Assembly: GCA_963693365.1 (NCBI GenBank)
Contig: CAVNZM010000004.1
Coordinates: forward strand, 13,698,024-13,762,023
DNA: 64,000 bases
Direction of reading: 5' to 3'
Origin: Amoebidium appalachense
Lineage: Eukaryota; Protista; Ichthyosporea
Under the pieces are notes generated by a model, which saw only the letters and a program-made list of their open reading frames with translations, was not told the origin of the DNA and ran no database searches. The position numbers and the translations under genes were made by a program. Positions within the stretch are counted from its first letter, which is position 1, and each line of letters opens with the position of its first letter. Positions 22,165 to 36,440 of this stretch are shown piece after piece.

Positions 22165-24009
22165 ATGTGGGGGTCACTTTCAAATGTCTGCCTTGTGGCG
22201 CTGCTTACTGCGCTCACAGAGGCCTTTCCTAACGGCGCCCCTCCGTTCGCCTGTTCGCACACAAACATACCCCATGGCTCGCCGGAGCCAGGGGACAGCC
22301 CCGTGATGATAACGGCTGCAGCGGATGCAACGTACCAGCCTGGAAAGCCGCAGGACGTGGTTATCTTCTTGAACGTAAGTTCACGTTTTGTATCTGTCAG
22401 GGCGTGGGTGTTGAGGAAACCTCTGGAGGGAGCAGACTAAGGAGGAGTGCTGGGGGGGGGGGGGGGGGGGGGGGGGGGGGAGGGGGGGGGGGGGGGGGGT
22501 GAGGGGAAGCACATGCCCGGGGGCTGTGGATGTACCGGTTGTTATCAGGTTAGCAACAACCCGTACGTCATTATTGCAAGACACACATCAAGAATTACAG
22601 GGTATGCCAGTTATAGACACTCTTGGCACATATATCTAGCAGACAGGCACACACGAACGCACATTCACACATCACACCGTCGATTGCACAGTCGCATGTC
22701 ACGCACGCTATGAGGGCACTTATAAGCACCTATGCTCTATACATACACCTGCACGTTTGGTAGCTTGCCATCTGCTATTTTTAGCATGCCCCACGCCGCA
22801 AGCACCACATCTTCGCCCTGGAGAATCGAAAGTGCAATGGTGTGAGCATGGCAAATATGATCCGCACACCCAAACCCATGGCGCACGCGCTTATATGTCA
22901 CGGCACACCTTAAACACGTGCGCATGAAAACACGGACACTTGTGCCCCCGCGCACATAACGTGCAGAGAAGTTTTCCTTGCGATATCACCTCAGTCCGCT
23001 ACCCACCAATAACACTCATGATACCCACCACAACAGAGCACCAAAACACCTGCTCGTGCCAGCCCCGAGTACGGTTTCCTGCTGACCGCCCTGGACTCCA
23101 AAGGCACCATCCTGAGCAACGCATTAGCCAGCGGGGATGCCAAGAGTGTGCAGGTCAAGCAGTGTGCTGGCCAGGGGCCCAACAGCTATGCCACACACGT
23201 GGAGTCAGGGCCATCAAAAACGTGGGTGGTCAAGTTCACCCCCCCGGCAGATGCACAGGGAGACATTGAGCTCAAGGCCACAGGTGAGCATATTCCCGCC
23301 GTGGCCATGGGGTGGAGGGTTGAACGTTATTTGTTTAACTACAGCTTGGTGGCTGCGCCGTCAGAAATGTGTATTAGTGGTTAGCGAGGAATTAACATGA
23401 AACTTGTGTGCATAGTTAGTTTACCTTGCACCATGCCCCCACTTCCCTTCAAGCCGAAGAGACCACATCATTCCAGGCCTCCTTTAGTTAAGCGGTGTGC
23501 TGAGAAACTACTAGTTGACTTTGTTTCTCCAAGGGGGGGGAGTGTGTGTGTGTGTGTGTGTTGGGGGGGGGGGGGGGGGGGGGGTCAGTTTTTAAAATTA
23601 CTGAATATCGTTGCACACTCTTGCACCCTTTTATTTTTCATTTGTATTATTTTTTACTTTTATTTTCTATTTGGTTTGGGATTTGCAGAACCTGCACTGT
23701 AATGTCCGTCGTAAGCAAGCACTTCTGTAACACATACTAACCCCCTTTAGCTCGCTGCATACCTTCTCTTTGCATTTCTGCACCGTGTTTGTACCTTGTG
23801 AATCTGCGTTTCATTACGGTCATGTGACTGTTCTAACCCCCCTCTCCCCTTCCTCCCCCCCCCCCCCCTCCCCCCCCCCTCCCCTCTTCCTCCCCCCCCA
23901 AACAACTTTAATAACAAACAGTGGTTGATGCCAACGGTGACGGCAGTCCTGCTGGTGACAAAGTCTACACTTCCAGTGTCCTGCTAAGCCGCTCCCAGCA
24001 AGGTGACCA

Positions 24010-24054
<45 letters not shown>

Positions 24055-25542
24055 TTCTCCCTCCCCCCTCCACACACACACAGGCACACACAAGCCCAAC
24101 ACAGTAAAACCTCTTACCACCTGCCACCACCAGCAGAAATGACAGGCCCACTAATGCATCGCACAAGCTGGGAAGCGTAGAGGGATAGAAAGCGCCAAAT
24201 GGATCCCAAAGCAGGGTGGTGGCTCATGATTGGCTATCGCTATGTCTTTGTTTTCCTGGCAGCTAATGAAACGAGTGTGCAGCCATGAACATGTGATACA
24301 AAAAAGTTGTCCAACCAACTCTCAGGAATCTGGTATAGGCTCGAGAGCTTTCCAGAGCAAGCCCTGTCACATGCAACACTGCACACACAGGTGCACATGT
24401 GCATAGGCATGCCGGTCCCTCTCCTATTCACATCTCCATATGATATCCCCCATCAAGGATATCATCTGCAGGGGGTCACAATGATAACCAAAGATATCTA
24501 AGTTAGCCCGATGTGATTCAAATTTTGCATAGTGGGAAAAGACAGCTGATTGTGACTCTACACATATATCAGCTGCTAGCTCACATCTAGCCACAATCCC
24601 TCTGCTTGCCTCCCCCTTTTCTCCACATACCCCCACCTCACTTACTCACATATAACACACACGCACACACGCACACGCACAGTCGGGGCCCCGAGCCCGG
24701 CCCCTGCAGCCACAGGCCCACAACCTGCCGGGACCAACTCCTCCTCCGCCGGTGCTCCAATCACCAACACAACCCCACCCACGACAGATAACACGCCTCC
24801 CCCCATGGTCGTCAATTCACCCACCAACAACCAGGACATGCAGGATGTGAGCAGCAACACAAACCAGGGCAACCCATCGACCAATGGCGTACCTGTGGAC
24901 GGGACAGGGGCCGGTCCATCCCCTGCAGGCAGCAACGAGTTGGATATGAACCCGGCTGACACCCAGGACACTGCATCTGGCGCCCCGCTAGAAATCATGG
25001 GGGATCAGCCGTCTGAGACTATGCCGGTAGGGGCACCTGCAGGAGAGACCATGGCCGATGTACAGCCCACACCCACACAGGCACCCATCAATAAGCAGCC
25101 TATGACTACAGATGCGGCCATGCAGTCACAGGTCGAGGAAACAAGTGCTCAGCCATCCACCACACAGGAGGCAGGGGAGGAGCAAATGGAGACGAAGACG
25201 GAAAAACCAAAACCAACAAAGACCCCGAGCAAGTACGGAAAGGATGGAAATGACGAGGAGGAATATAACAAGAAGGGATATGACAAGAAGGGATATAACA
25301 GGGAGGGATATGACGTAGAGGGATATAACAAGGAGGGATATAACGAGGACGGTTATGATAGGGAAGGATATAACGAGGCAGGGTACAATAAGAAAGGATA
25401 TGACAGGGATGGATATAACGAGGAGGGATATGACAAGAAGGGATATGATAGGGATGGATATAACGAGAAGGGCTTTGACAAGTCCGGGTGCAACAGGGAG
25501 GGATTCTGCAAGGACAGGCGCAGACGCAGATCCAGATTTTAG
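22165..25542 (+). CDS. Secreted Reeler-domain protein with P/T/S-rich linker and C-terminal GY[DN]xx repeats (4 exons)
   Basis: Exons 22165-22374, 23037-23283, 23922-24002, 24683-25542 join in frame via GT-AG. Signal peptide then AFPNGAPPFAC..PHG, GFLLTA, ATH, FTPP...GDIELKATVV (Reeler motifs); ~16 GY[DN]xx repeats. Confidence 0.85.
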
Positions 25543-26128
25543 GGAGATAACTGGTCGGAAATATCAGTGAGACATGCATTGATAGCCAGTAGTCACGTGA
25601 TTTAGCTTAGTCTTTAGATATGCAGGTGCCCAGATATATGGCTAGCATTGGCCTAAAAAATTTATTTTCATGCTGAAACAGCTCAGTTCAGGCAGAGATT
25701 GGTTGGCAGTGCAGTGGATGCTTGTCGTCGTAATTTATTTCTGATCTTTTAGTTTTTTTCTTTTTTCCCGCTTTCTCCTCCTCCTCCTCCTCCTTCTTTT
25801 CTCTCTCTGTCTCTCTCTTTCTCTCTCTCTTTCTTTTTTTTTTTCTTTTGCCGTGCACCATATTAGGCTCAAAGTTCGGAAGTTGAGTTCCCGGATCAGT
25901 TTGTGTTTTTGTTGGTGGCCGCACCACATAAACATCTTGTCGATCCGCAAATGAACCGACTTGGACTCATTAAGCCTCTCAGACTTGCGTGTGGGCCGCA
26001 GCCCATACGGATCCGTCCATTGTTTCAGCGGAACATACATAGATGAGTTGACAGAAAAGTATGGCCAGAGATCTAGAGAGGAAGGGGGGGGGGGGGGGGG
26101 GGGGAGGGGGAGGGGGGGGGGGGGGGGG

Positions 26129-26757
26129 TCCAAGACTTCCTATATAGGCAGATAAGAGGCGTTTTTAAAGTTTGCAGAGCACGTATCCGAATTTGATCAC
26201 ATACGTGCACGACGAAAACCAAAAAAAAAAAAAAAAAAAAAAAGCCAGAATTTTCGCATGCAGAGCGCGCACATGTACATACAAGGACAACTTTGACGTG
26301 TGCTACAAGGGCAACGTTGACGTTGCATACTAACAATGGTCCATTGATCCTATGGGTAGGACTCAGTGCCACGCGTCGCCGCGATTATGTATGTCCGAAT
26401 TTCCGGTCCCATGCCGATCACACGTGCTATGAGGGAGAAAATCGTCCTGATGAAATGAAAAAAATACATGTACATGAGGCTTGAACACAGATTGAGTCAC
26501 TGCGGCCGGTATGTAGTGCGTACCCACCGGCCGGCCTTGACCACACATGAGCGGTTGTTGGCGAGCCGGGCACATTGCAAGTAGGCTTGAGAAGTGTGAA
26601 GGGCCGGGGGTTAGGTTGCAGCTGTGCAGTGGTAAGCAACAAGCGAGCATGGAAAATGCAGAGAGAAACAGAGAGGAGATAAGGCTTCTGGGAGCCAGTC
26701 TACCCAAGTTGACCTCCCTGGCTAGCATATGTATACTGCTCCTGCATGCTGAGAGGT
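26129..26757 (-). mobile_element. More diverged relative (C) of family A, ending at poly(C) on the minus strand
   Basis: Minus strand shows ATGCTAGCCAGGGA, AGAAGCC, GCTGCAACCTAACCCCCGGCCCTTCACACT, TGTTCAAG, CGGAAATTCGG in the same order as A/B; boundaries approximate. Confidence 0.55.
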
Positions 26758-26925
26758 AAGAGTGTGTGTGTGTGTGTTCATCTAGGATATGCATGTATGC
26801 GTGTATGTGTTTGTGCACACGTACTGTATGTAGTGTGTGCGCGCACGTTGATACAAGGCAGGCTGCAAAATTCATAAAGCATTAAGGGAGGGAAGGAGGG
26901 AGGAAGGGGGGGGGGGGGGGGGGGG

Positions 26926-27109
26926 TTTGAATGCGTCAAAAGTAAGAAGTACACAAGAACAAACGGATAACACGATGCAGAATGCAAGCCATACATAAAG
27001 AGTATGCATAATAAGCAGAGCCCATCCTCAGGGAAGGCCCACGTCATCCACAGTACCCGAGTTTCGACCTATTCACCTCGTTTACGAAACCCAACTCAGA
27101 TACTGTTTC
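26926..27109 (-). mobile_element. Family A copy 2, 5'-truncated (184 bp)
   Basis: Matches the last ~185 nt of copy 1; G-tract on both sides. Confidence 0.9.
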
Positions 27110-27135
27110 GGGGGGGGGGGGGGGGGGGGGGGGTG

Positions 27136-27795
27136 TTTGAATGCGTCAAAAAGTACGAAGTACACAAGAACAAACGGATAACACGATGCAGAATGCAAGC
27201 CATACATAAAGAGTATGCATAATAAGCAGAGCCCATCCTCAGGGGGGGCCCACGTCATCCACAGTACCCGAGTTTCGACCTATTCCCCTCGTTAACGAAA
27301 CCCAACTCAGATACTGTTTCACTTGAACATGAGTAGGTCACCCGTCTTGATCAGAGACGAGCAGGGTTGCTTATGCAGGCAAGGGCAGTGGGAAAGGCCG
27401 GGGGTTAAAGTTGCAGCAGTAAGCAGAAGCAAGAAAAATATAGATAGGAACTCAGGAGACGGGGCTTCTAGGAAGCTCCCCCGTCGATACCTAAGTCGAT
27501 ACTTCCCTGGCTAACATACTACACCAGCTGAAAAGAATTAAGTCCCGAAGGCCACAGAATTCGTAATCAGAGGGGAAAATATGAGATTTGACCCACGCCG
27601 CAGGGTAGTAACACGCTTACTAGGGCGGAACTTTATCGTCTTCGAACGGAAAGCTATGCCCCCGGATGTCAGCCGGAAATATGGTATCACCCATTGCTTT
27701 GGGCTTGAAAAAAGCCAAACCGATAGTCCGAGTTATGTTACGCCGGCGGGTAACATGCCGCATGGGTTCCAAGGGAGCTGTCGCCAACAGAGCGG
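27136..27795 (-). mobile_element. Family A copy 3, longest
   Basis: Matches copy 1 over 27136-27657, then continues in non-repetitive sequence to about 27795 (5' boundary uncertain); 3' end abuts a G-tract. Confidence 0.88.
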
Positions 27796-27936
27796 TGTGT
27801 GCATGCGTGCGCGTAACGCAATGTGTGAAGTGTGTCTATAGCTATGAAAGGGGGTATGCAGAAGTGGACAGATGAAGTGTGTGGAGAGAAAAACAGTAAG
27901 AAGAAAAGTAGACACCGGTATGTGCAACCCCGCACA

Positions 27937-27971
<35 letters not shown>

Positions 27972-28304
27972 AATAAGCGAAGATTACAGGGGGGGGGGGG
28001 GGGGGGGGGGGGGCTGGCTGAGTTGGGGAGAGTGGTGGAATGACATCTCAACCCGGTGGAGCCAAGAAATCGAAATATTAATTAAAAATTGATATTTGCA
28101 TTAAAAGGTTTAACACTAAAGCCCTCCCATGGGAAATATTCGAGCGCCCATGCACTGCAAGTGGGCTGCTCTCCGTCTATGCACAGTCAGCACGTTATGC
28201 CAGCCAAAGCACACGTGCAGTTGCATCTCTTGCAGTATTGTACACACAGTGCGATGTCCATTCCTTATCATGTGCGCTATATTGAGCGGCTAACCTGCAG
28301 GCGT

Positions 28305-28493
28305 CTAGTCCAGGTAGCCCTTAGCACAGGCCAGCTCTGCGTTCATGATGGCACCACCAGCAGCACCAATGATAGTGTTGTGGCTGAGCATGACGAACTT
28401 GATGTCGAAGATGGGGTCCTCACGCACACGCCCAACAGACACCGTGAAGCCCCCACCAAGACCACGGTCAAGACGCGGCTGCGGCCGGTCGGG

Positions 28494-28555
<62 letters not shown>

Positions 28556-28596
28556 AGGTGGGGTTGAGGTTGGGTGTCGGTGTTTTTTTTTTTTTT

Positions 28597-28627
<31 letters not shown>

Positions 28628-28797
28628 GGGGGGGAGGGGGGGGGGGGTTGGTGAGTGAGTGGAAGGGGTGTGCCAGTATCTACCTGTGCATGGTTCCTCA
28701 TTGGGCTAAGACACAATGCAGGGAGGGGGGGGGGGGGGGGGGTTTGAATGCGTCAAAAAGTACGAAGTACACAAGAACAAACGGATAACACGATGCA

Positions 28798-28849
<52 letters not shown>

Positions 28850-31288
28850 GGGAGAGAGAGAGAGAAAACGGGGGGGCCCAGCCAAGAAAGGGCATTGCGA
28901 GCCAGGCGAGGCTTCAAAAGGGTAGAGGCCTTGGGATCGGCACATTTCCCGACGACACGAAAAACAAACAGTATCACTTGAAATGGTCAGTTGACCCAGG
29001 CACACAAGGTAAAACAAATGCCGCATGGGTCTCGTGTGCAGAACAGTGTGCATGGCTACTGCATGGGCAGAAGGGGAGGGTTACGATGCATACAGTGCAG
29101 TGTGATCGCTACTGTGTGCATGGGCACTAGGTGCACTGGTACCGGGTGGATAGGTGCTGTGTGCATGCCTACAGCGTGAATGGTGATGTATGCAATGGGT
29201 ACTAGTACTGTGTGCACGGACACTGTATGCAATGGGTACTGCGTGCACGGACACTGTATGCAATGGGTACTGTGTGCACGGACACTGTATGCAATGGGTA
29301 CTGTGTGCACGGTCACTGTATGCCATGGGTACTGTGTGCACGAACACTGTATAAGTGGGTACTGTGTGCGCGGACACTGTATGCAACGGGTTCTGTGTGC
29401 ACGGGCACTGTATGCAATGGGCACAGTGTGCACGGACACTGTATGCAATGAGTTCTGTGTGCACGGACACTGTATGCAAGGGGTACTGTGTGCACGGACA
29501 CTGTATGCAATGGGTACTGTGTGCACGGTCACTGTATGCCATGGGTACTGTGTGCACGGGCACTGTATGCAATGGGCACTGTATGCACGGACACTGTATG
29601 CAATGAGTTCTGTGTGCACGGACACTGTATGCAAGGGGTACTGTGTGCACGGACACTGTATGCAATGGGTACTGTGTGCACGGTCATTGTAGGCCATGGG
29701 TACTGTGTGCACGGGCACTGTATGCAATGGGCACTGTGTGCACGGACACTGTGTGCAATGAGTTCTGTGTGCACGGACACTGTATGCAAGGGGTACTGTG
29801 TGCACGGACACTGTATGCAATGGGTACTGTGTGCACGGTCACTGTATGCCATGGGTACTGTGTGTACGGGCACTGTATGCAATTGGCACTGTATGCACGG
29901 GTACTGTATGCAATGGGTACCTGTGTGCACGACATACCTGCTCGGGGACGGCAATGCAGACCTTTGGGGCACTGGGCAGGTTCATGCGCTGTGCCTCAGA
30001 CACATAGTTCTTGAACCCCGCCTTAACCTCATCTACCGTGGCTGGTTTGCGCAACTGCATTCACAGGGGGGGGGGGGGGGGGGGGGGGGAGGGGGGGGGG
30101 GAAATGGAGGAGGCGAGCCCGAGCCATGTAGGGGTTAAAACTCGGCACAAAGAGCCCAACCTCAGAAGGGTCCAAATCATGCACACAGTACACATGTTCT
30201 GACCCATTCACCACACGCCCGAAACTCAGGCTAAGATATGCCGTGTCTGTTTTCAAAGTGGGTTAACCGTCTTGCAGAGGGGAAGATGGATGTGAAATGC
30301 GACACACTACTATACTACATATTAGTATTAAGTCCATGTCAACGCGGACAACAAACCCAAACGTGGGGGGAACGGCTGTTACAAGCACGACCCTGGGGTG
30401 CAAGCAAGAGGCAGCATAGTTGCAAGGTGTGACGGAGGACAACATGCAGCCCACGGGATAAAGGTGCACATGGAGATGGGCCAGGCGAAGAAAATGAACA
30501 AATGTAGAGCAGGCTTATGGTTGAATGTGTGTACAGAGATGGAGAAGGTGAAGAAGTGTTTTACAACGGACCGGCCGATATCCGTTAGACTTTCCCGCCC
30601 CTGTTTCCCCCTTGCCTCTCCAGCTCACTCATGCACTGCTGGTTCTCTAGTTCCAGGCAAGAATGCCCCTCCCCTCCCCCCCTGACACCCCCCCACCCAC
30701 AATTCTCGTAATATAGGCTACCCCCCCCCCCCCCTCTCCCCCCGGTCCCCATCCCCCCCCCCTCCCTCCTCCCCGGCCTTAAAAAAAAAGCCAACCCCCC
30801 CCCCCCCAAAAAAAAAGAACCAAGAAACCCATACCTTGACAGAGACGCACTCTGTGTGGCCATCAATGACCGGTACACGGTTGCAGTGTGCGCTGATCTT
30901 GAACGATGCATTCTTGAATCCGCTGTTGTCAAACGTGCCCAAGATCTGTGGCCCAGCATTGGCCCGTCAGTTCGTGCACTGAGTGCCGCAATAGCCCTTG
31001 TCCTCTCGGACGAAAATACCATTTGATGTGTATGTAAATATTCCAGCATAACCCATGTCCCTCGAGTGTCAACACACTCTTGCCTTGTGCATTTCGAATT
31101 TAGCACGTGTTTCCCCTTACACCTCCCAAGGCCCTCTCACCCCCTGGCTGACCCACGCCATTATGACACCACCCTCAAGATTCTCTGCCTTTTCCTCCTA
31201 AACCATTAACATTGCCACTACCGCCACCACCACCACCGTCACCAACCACAAAAACACGCTCATACCCCCCCCCCCCCCCCCCACCACC

Positions 31289-31323
<35 letters not shown>

Positions 31324-31528
31324 TCTGGGGCTCCATCTCCATCTTCTCCTCCTCGCCCGAGATGTATGGCACGACATTGCCCATGATGTCAATAGAGGGC
31401 ACACCGGGATAGCCGGCACCACTCACAGCCTGCATGGTGGTGACCATCACAAGGTCCAGACCAAACAGGTCGTCCAGCACCTTAAGCGGCACACACAGCC
31501 CTAACAACAGTTAGTGAGCATATGCGTG

Positions 31529-31562
<34 letters not shown>

Positions 31563-34518
31563 TGGGGCAAGGGGAGGGGACGGGAGGGGGGGGAGCGTCA
31601 GGGGGGTGCACTATGAAACGAGACCAGCGAGGGCGATAGGAAGGCATAAGCAACCTCGGACGGGGGTGGGAGGTTGCAGGCAGGGGGGAGGGGGAAGAGG
31701 GAAGGGGCAGGAGGGAGTGGGTGAGAGGCCATAGTCATAGGGCCTCGGGGGGATGGCGGGGAGGAGGGGGGGGGGGGGGGGGGGGGGGATGTATGTGTTA
31801 GAGGGTTGGAAATATGGAGGAGACAACAAAGAGCAACAACAAAAACTTCACAAAAATGAGAGGTGTGCAGGCAAAAGACACTTGAACAGAGCCCATCATC
31901 AGGGGGGTTCCTAAGCCTCCACAAAAGCATGGGTTTCGACTCGGGGGGAGGGGGAGACATGGGACACACATAACACGTGTTTGTGCTTGTGTGTCTGTGT
32001 GTGTCTGTGCCTACCAGTGGACGAGCAGTTAGCGTTTGTGACGATGAAGCCCTTAGTCAGGCCCTCTGCGTTGCGCTGCTGTGTGATGATGTCCAGATGG
32101 ACGTCGTTGACTGTGGGCACCACCAGCGGTACATATTGCTGCAGCCACAACGTGTCAGTGCCATGCTTAGCCATGGGTTCTGATGTGCCATGGAGGACAC
32201 CGCGTGACACCTCCAGCACGGTGCTGGCCAATCATCAACCACCACACTCACGTGATACTGGCCTCGGCATAGGCACAAGAGCCTGAACATTTTTCCGAAG
32301 CCTAAATATTGAGATTTATACACACCGTTAGTGTACCCCCCCCTCACCCCCCCCCCCCCCATCGCCACCACCACCAGCATAAAACCAGAACCAGAACGGC
32401 AAGCACAGTGGTAGACCAGGTGCTGGTGGTGGAGGAGAGGGGGGAGGTTAGGAACAACATAAAATGCCTTGCAAGACATGAAGTTCACAATCACAACAAA
32501 TAACACATGCAGGTGGGGGTTATGGTGTTCAGTCAACAAGTAAACATCAGCTTGACTCTGGATCGTGTGCTTGTGCATGAATGCATGTCTGTCGTGCTGG
32601 AGATCGTGGGGGCAGGGGGAACCGAAAAGGGAATGTGCATACATCATAGCGGTGATTTCTGGAGTTGCTGAAGACACCCAGGCCGGCCTTGGCCATCTCC
32701 GATTCTGCAAACATAACTGGTCAGCACTCTTCCCTGCAACAATGCAGGCCCCAACAAGCAAATCACTGCCCTCCTCCCCCCCCCCCCCCCCCCCCCGGCC
32801 TCTCCCTCCCTTCCCCCAGTCTGTGGGAAAGGGGAGGCTCCGGGTGTGGAGCACAAACCAGATACAACACCAATAAAAACCCGCACACCAGCCGCACCAT
32901 GAATGCTCCAGGCGTAAACCAAAGCCCTTCCACACCACGTGCACATAGCAAACAAGCACGCACCAATCTCGCCGGCCACCGAGCTGTCGAGGCCCGAGAA
33001 GACGACCCTGCAGTGCTTGAAGTGCTCGCCCTTGCACTCGGACACCACAATCGATGCCACGTGCTCGGGGATGGGCGTGTCCAGCTTCCACGCCTTGGCT
33101 GCAACGCTGTATGGGCTGCCTGCAGACCTACCAGCGTCCAAAAGTCAGAAATCTGAGCACTCAAGCATAACTTCCCACAACACACAAATGCAGGTGTGTG
33201 TGTGCGCGTGCGTCACACACACACACACACACACACACACAAGCCTGCCTGTGCCAGCTGATTGACCTTTCCTCCTGCCCTTTCAAATGCCATGATACCA
33301 TTGAATAGACCAACCCCCCCCCCCTCCACCCCCTTGGCCCCCGGGCCCCCGTATACCTTATCAGTGATTCTACCCTTTGTATGCAGACCAAATCATGCCA
33401 GAGATCACGATTCACTTCTCAATTTCTTGCAGAAGCCCGTTCACCATTAATCATGTTCCTACATATTGTCGAATGAATACTGAATAATTACCAAAAAACT
33501 ATTGTTTGTACCTGCATCTTTCTACCCTCTTCCATGCTCCTTCCATAAAAAGTCTTCTAAGACACTATTCGAACACCATTATTCGCTTAACTATCGGTTT
33601 GCTCTCTCTCTCTCTCTCTCCCCCCCCCCCCCCCTCTCCCTCTCCCCCCCCCCCCCTCCCCTCTTACTCAACCACCCGCACAGAAAGCTCCGTCTTCCCC
33701 CTCTCCCCCTCCTTCCACACACCACACACACAGCATACATGGTATACACCCCCTTACAACCACTCTCCCCCGAGAACCCCCTTCCCCCCCCCCCCCCCCC
33801 CCCCCCCCCCTTCCCCCCTCCTTGTGACCAGCAGATATACAGAAGTACTCAAGCAAATACCATCCCACCCACACACCACCTACTTACACAAACAGAATGG
33901 GCCACACACACACTTTGACACCACCCCTAACACTTCCTGCTCGTCCCTCCCGACCCCCCTTCCCTTTTTCCCGCTTCTGTCCCCTAAACAGGATTCACAC
34001 CACTTCCGTGACACAGGGAAAAGAAAGGGAAAGCAAGTGATGTCTCCGTCCTTGCGATGAAAAGCTTTAGTGATTTTACAAAAAACTTTACAGGAAGCGC
34101 GCAAAGCACGGAGAGGATTCAACAACCTCATCGTGAGGTGCATTCACCGACACATAAGGCACCAGCAAGCCGAAGAATACTACTCCGACAAGACGGGAGC
34201 ACACCGCATCAGCAAACAATGCAGATTGAATTCACACACATGCACCACACTCGGTCGCCTGCCGCCCGTTTTCTTCACTACCCTCCCTTCCTCATCTCCC
34301 CCTTCCCCCCCCCCCCCCCCCCCCTACCCCCACCCACACCCATCCCCACTCGGCCTCCTTTTCCTTGTTGAGCTCTTCTCCATCACATACCTTTCGCTTG
34401 CGCCAAGGGCAGCAATCTCGAACCAGGGGTGGTCTGCCAAAAGCTGCACAAACCGCTGGCCTACCATGCCAGTAGCCCCAAGGATACCGACCTTAATTTT
34501 CTGTGCAGGGGGCGCCAT
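28305..34518 (-). CDS. asd: Aspartate-semialdehyde dehydrogenase, fungal/archaeal (HOM2-like) type, 8 exons
   Basis: [57 protein letters not shown] (catalytic Cys), [48 protein letters not shown]; GT-AG introns; stop at 28305. Confidence 0.96.
28743..28799 (-). mobile_element. Family A copy 4, extremely 5'-truncated (57 bp), in last ASADH intron
   Basis: Identical to the terminal 57 nt of copies 1/3; embedded in a G-tract. Confidence 0.88.
29190..29930. repeat. 31-bp intronic minisatellite (ACTGTGTGCACGGACACTGTATGCAATGGGT), ~23 copies, with 5-unit higher-order repeat
   Basis: Diagnostic variants recur every five units. Confidence 0.95.
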
Positions 34519-36139
34519 TTTCTAAGATTACTATGAGTGGCTGTGTGTATGTTTCTTCTTGACTTGGAGAGGGGTGTGCTGTGCTTTTTGTAGCCACCGC
34601 ATGACTTGGCTCTGATGTCTGAGCCGAAGCACGAGGCTCCGCCGCCTTCTAGACTTTTTAGTAAGGGGGTCCAAACCTTTTGAGAAACTTTTCCAAGGTT
34701 CCGATCGGACGATTCGGACCGGATCGGTGGTGATTTTTAAAGCTTAGTATTAAATTTTGTATTACATGTAAGGAAGAATCGTCGCATAGAATTGCAGTGT
34801 AAAATAGCTTTTAACTCGATAAGAACAAAGCACTATAGCTATCATGTTGAAGAAACCGTACATGTAGTTATACAAGGTTGACCGCGGGCTGCACTATTTC
34901 GTTACCCATAATGTGAAACTCTCAGGTATCGTAGTACGCACTTGAATTTTGGTTAACTCGTAGAATTTTTTTTATATCACTAACTATCATTGCCTTTTAA
35001 GTATGCCGTGCATACTTTCAACCGACGGATTTCTGTCATTCAAAAGAAAAGTCATTACATAAAAAAAAACTGAAACTCTCACACTCTCAAATCGTCAGAG
35101 GTTTAGGGTGATTAAGGGCGTCTGACACAGGCTTGATATGCACCAATCAAAAGCATTCGCAAACTTCCTATCATGGCATATCACACCTGATCAGCTATCC
35201 TCGCAACCAATCGCTTTCCGCGGCCACCACTGGCCTTTTACGTAATCCGAGTCACTGAAAAATTCGAACTCGGATATCCTGGGATTTTTTCTACGTACCT
35301 ACCCGTAGGCTGCACTGAGATCTGACTCTCACGACTGCAGCTCGAGCTCAGAACTGCACAGTATTACAGTAAGCGGCTTATGCATGCATGTATAGGCTGA
35401 GCTAGGTGCCATGTATATGCACATACATGCACTGAAGACTGCAACGTTGGTAAATTTCCTTGGCACGATCAAAATGGCATGTGCATGGTGCCGCGCGATT
35501 CAGGTGCCAACCACCGCTAAAAAAATAGCTGTTTTTTTTATAGAAGTTGTTAAGGGATCCCTTAATCATTTGTTACCATTACCTACGCTCTATGACGGTA
35601 CCAGTACTTGCGTACATTCATTTGTCTAGCTGAAAATTCGGAAATGGTGGGTGGCCAATGACCTACATTTTTTCCTTTCCAATTTGGGTACCGACCCCTC
35701 AGAAGAGACACCATTAAATTCATCAATTACATGATTTGTTCTCAACACCAGCACAGCCGAGTGAGAGCCACCAAAAGGGTATAGCACATAAATTTCAATA
35801 CCTGTGTATGCAAAGAGCCAACTTGCAATAAGCCTGACAGTGTGCACAGACCAACATGCAAAGTAAACGTCCCAAAAAAAAAAAAAAAAAAAAAAAGAGA
35901 GAGAGAGAAGAAAAAAGGAGAAAATACAGGAACGCTCATGCCATACGTGTGCAGAGTAAACGGGACCGGCAACTATTTCACCTCGCTTTCATGAATCACT
36001 CGTCATGCCGGAATACGTTCACCCTATATATATATCGGCTGTTTGACAAAACGGGGCCCAGAACCAATTACCATTCTTGTTTTTGGAACCCTCAACTAAG
36101 TGCACGCCATGCATAATAGTTGCAGCAAGCACATCGCCT

Positions 36140-36359
36140 TCAGTAGAGAATACGTGTGCGAATAGAGTGGGGGAGCTGTGCAATGGCGTGCTTAATCTCC
36201 TTGCTGACCGTGCGGTCGAGATTGATCATTGTGTAGCCGATGGGGCCCTGCGTGGACAGCACCTGCGCCTCCACGTTGACATTCTCCAGCACTCGGTTGA
36301 TGTCCTGTGTGTGTGCGCGCGCCATGTACCAGTGTGCAAGAGGCGGCCAGAGCCACGGA

Positions 36360-36440
<81 letters not shown>

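Noticed and set aside
26440-26470. CTGATGA...GAAA hammerhead core
   Set aside because: No supporting stems I-III could be formed.
29056-30138. Cys/His-rich repeat ORFs
   Set aside because: They derive from the 31-bp minisatellite within an ASADH intron.
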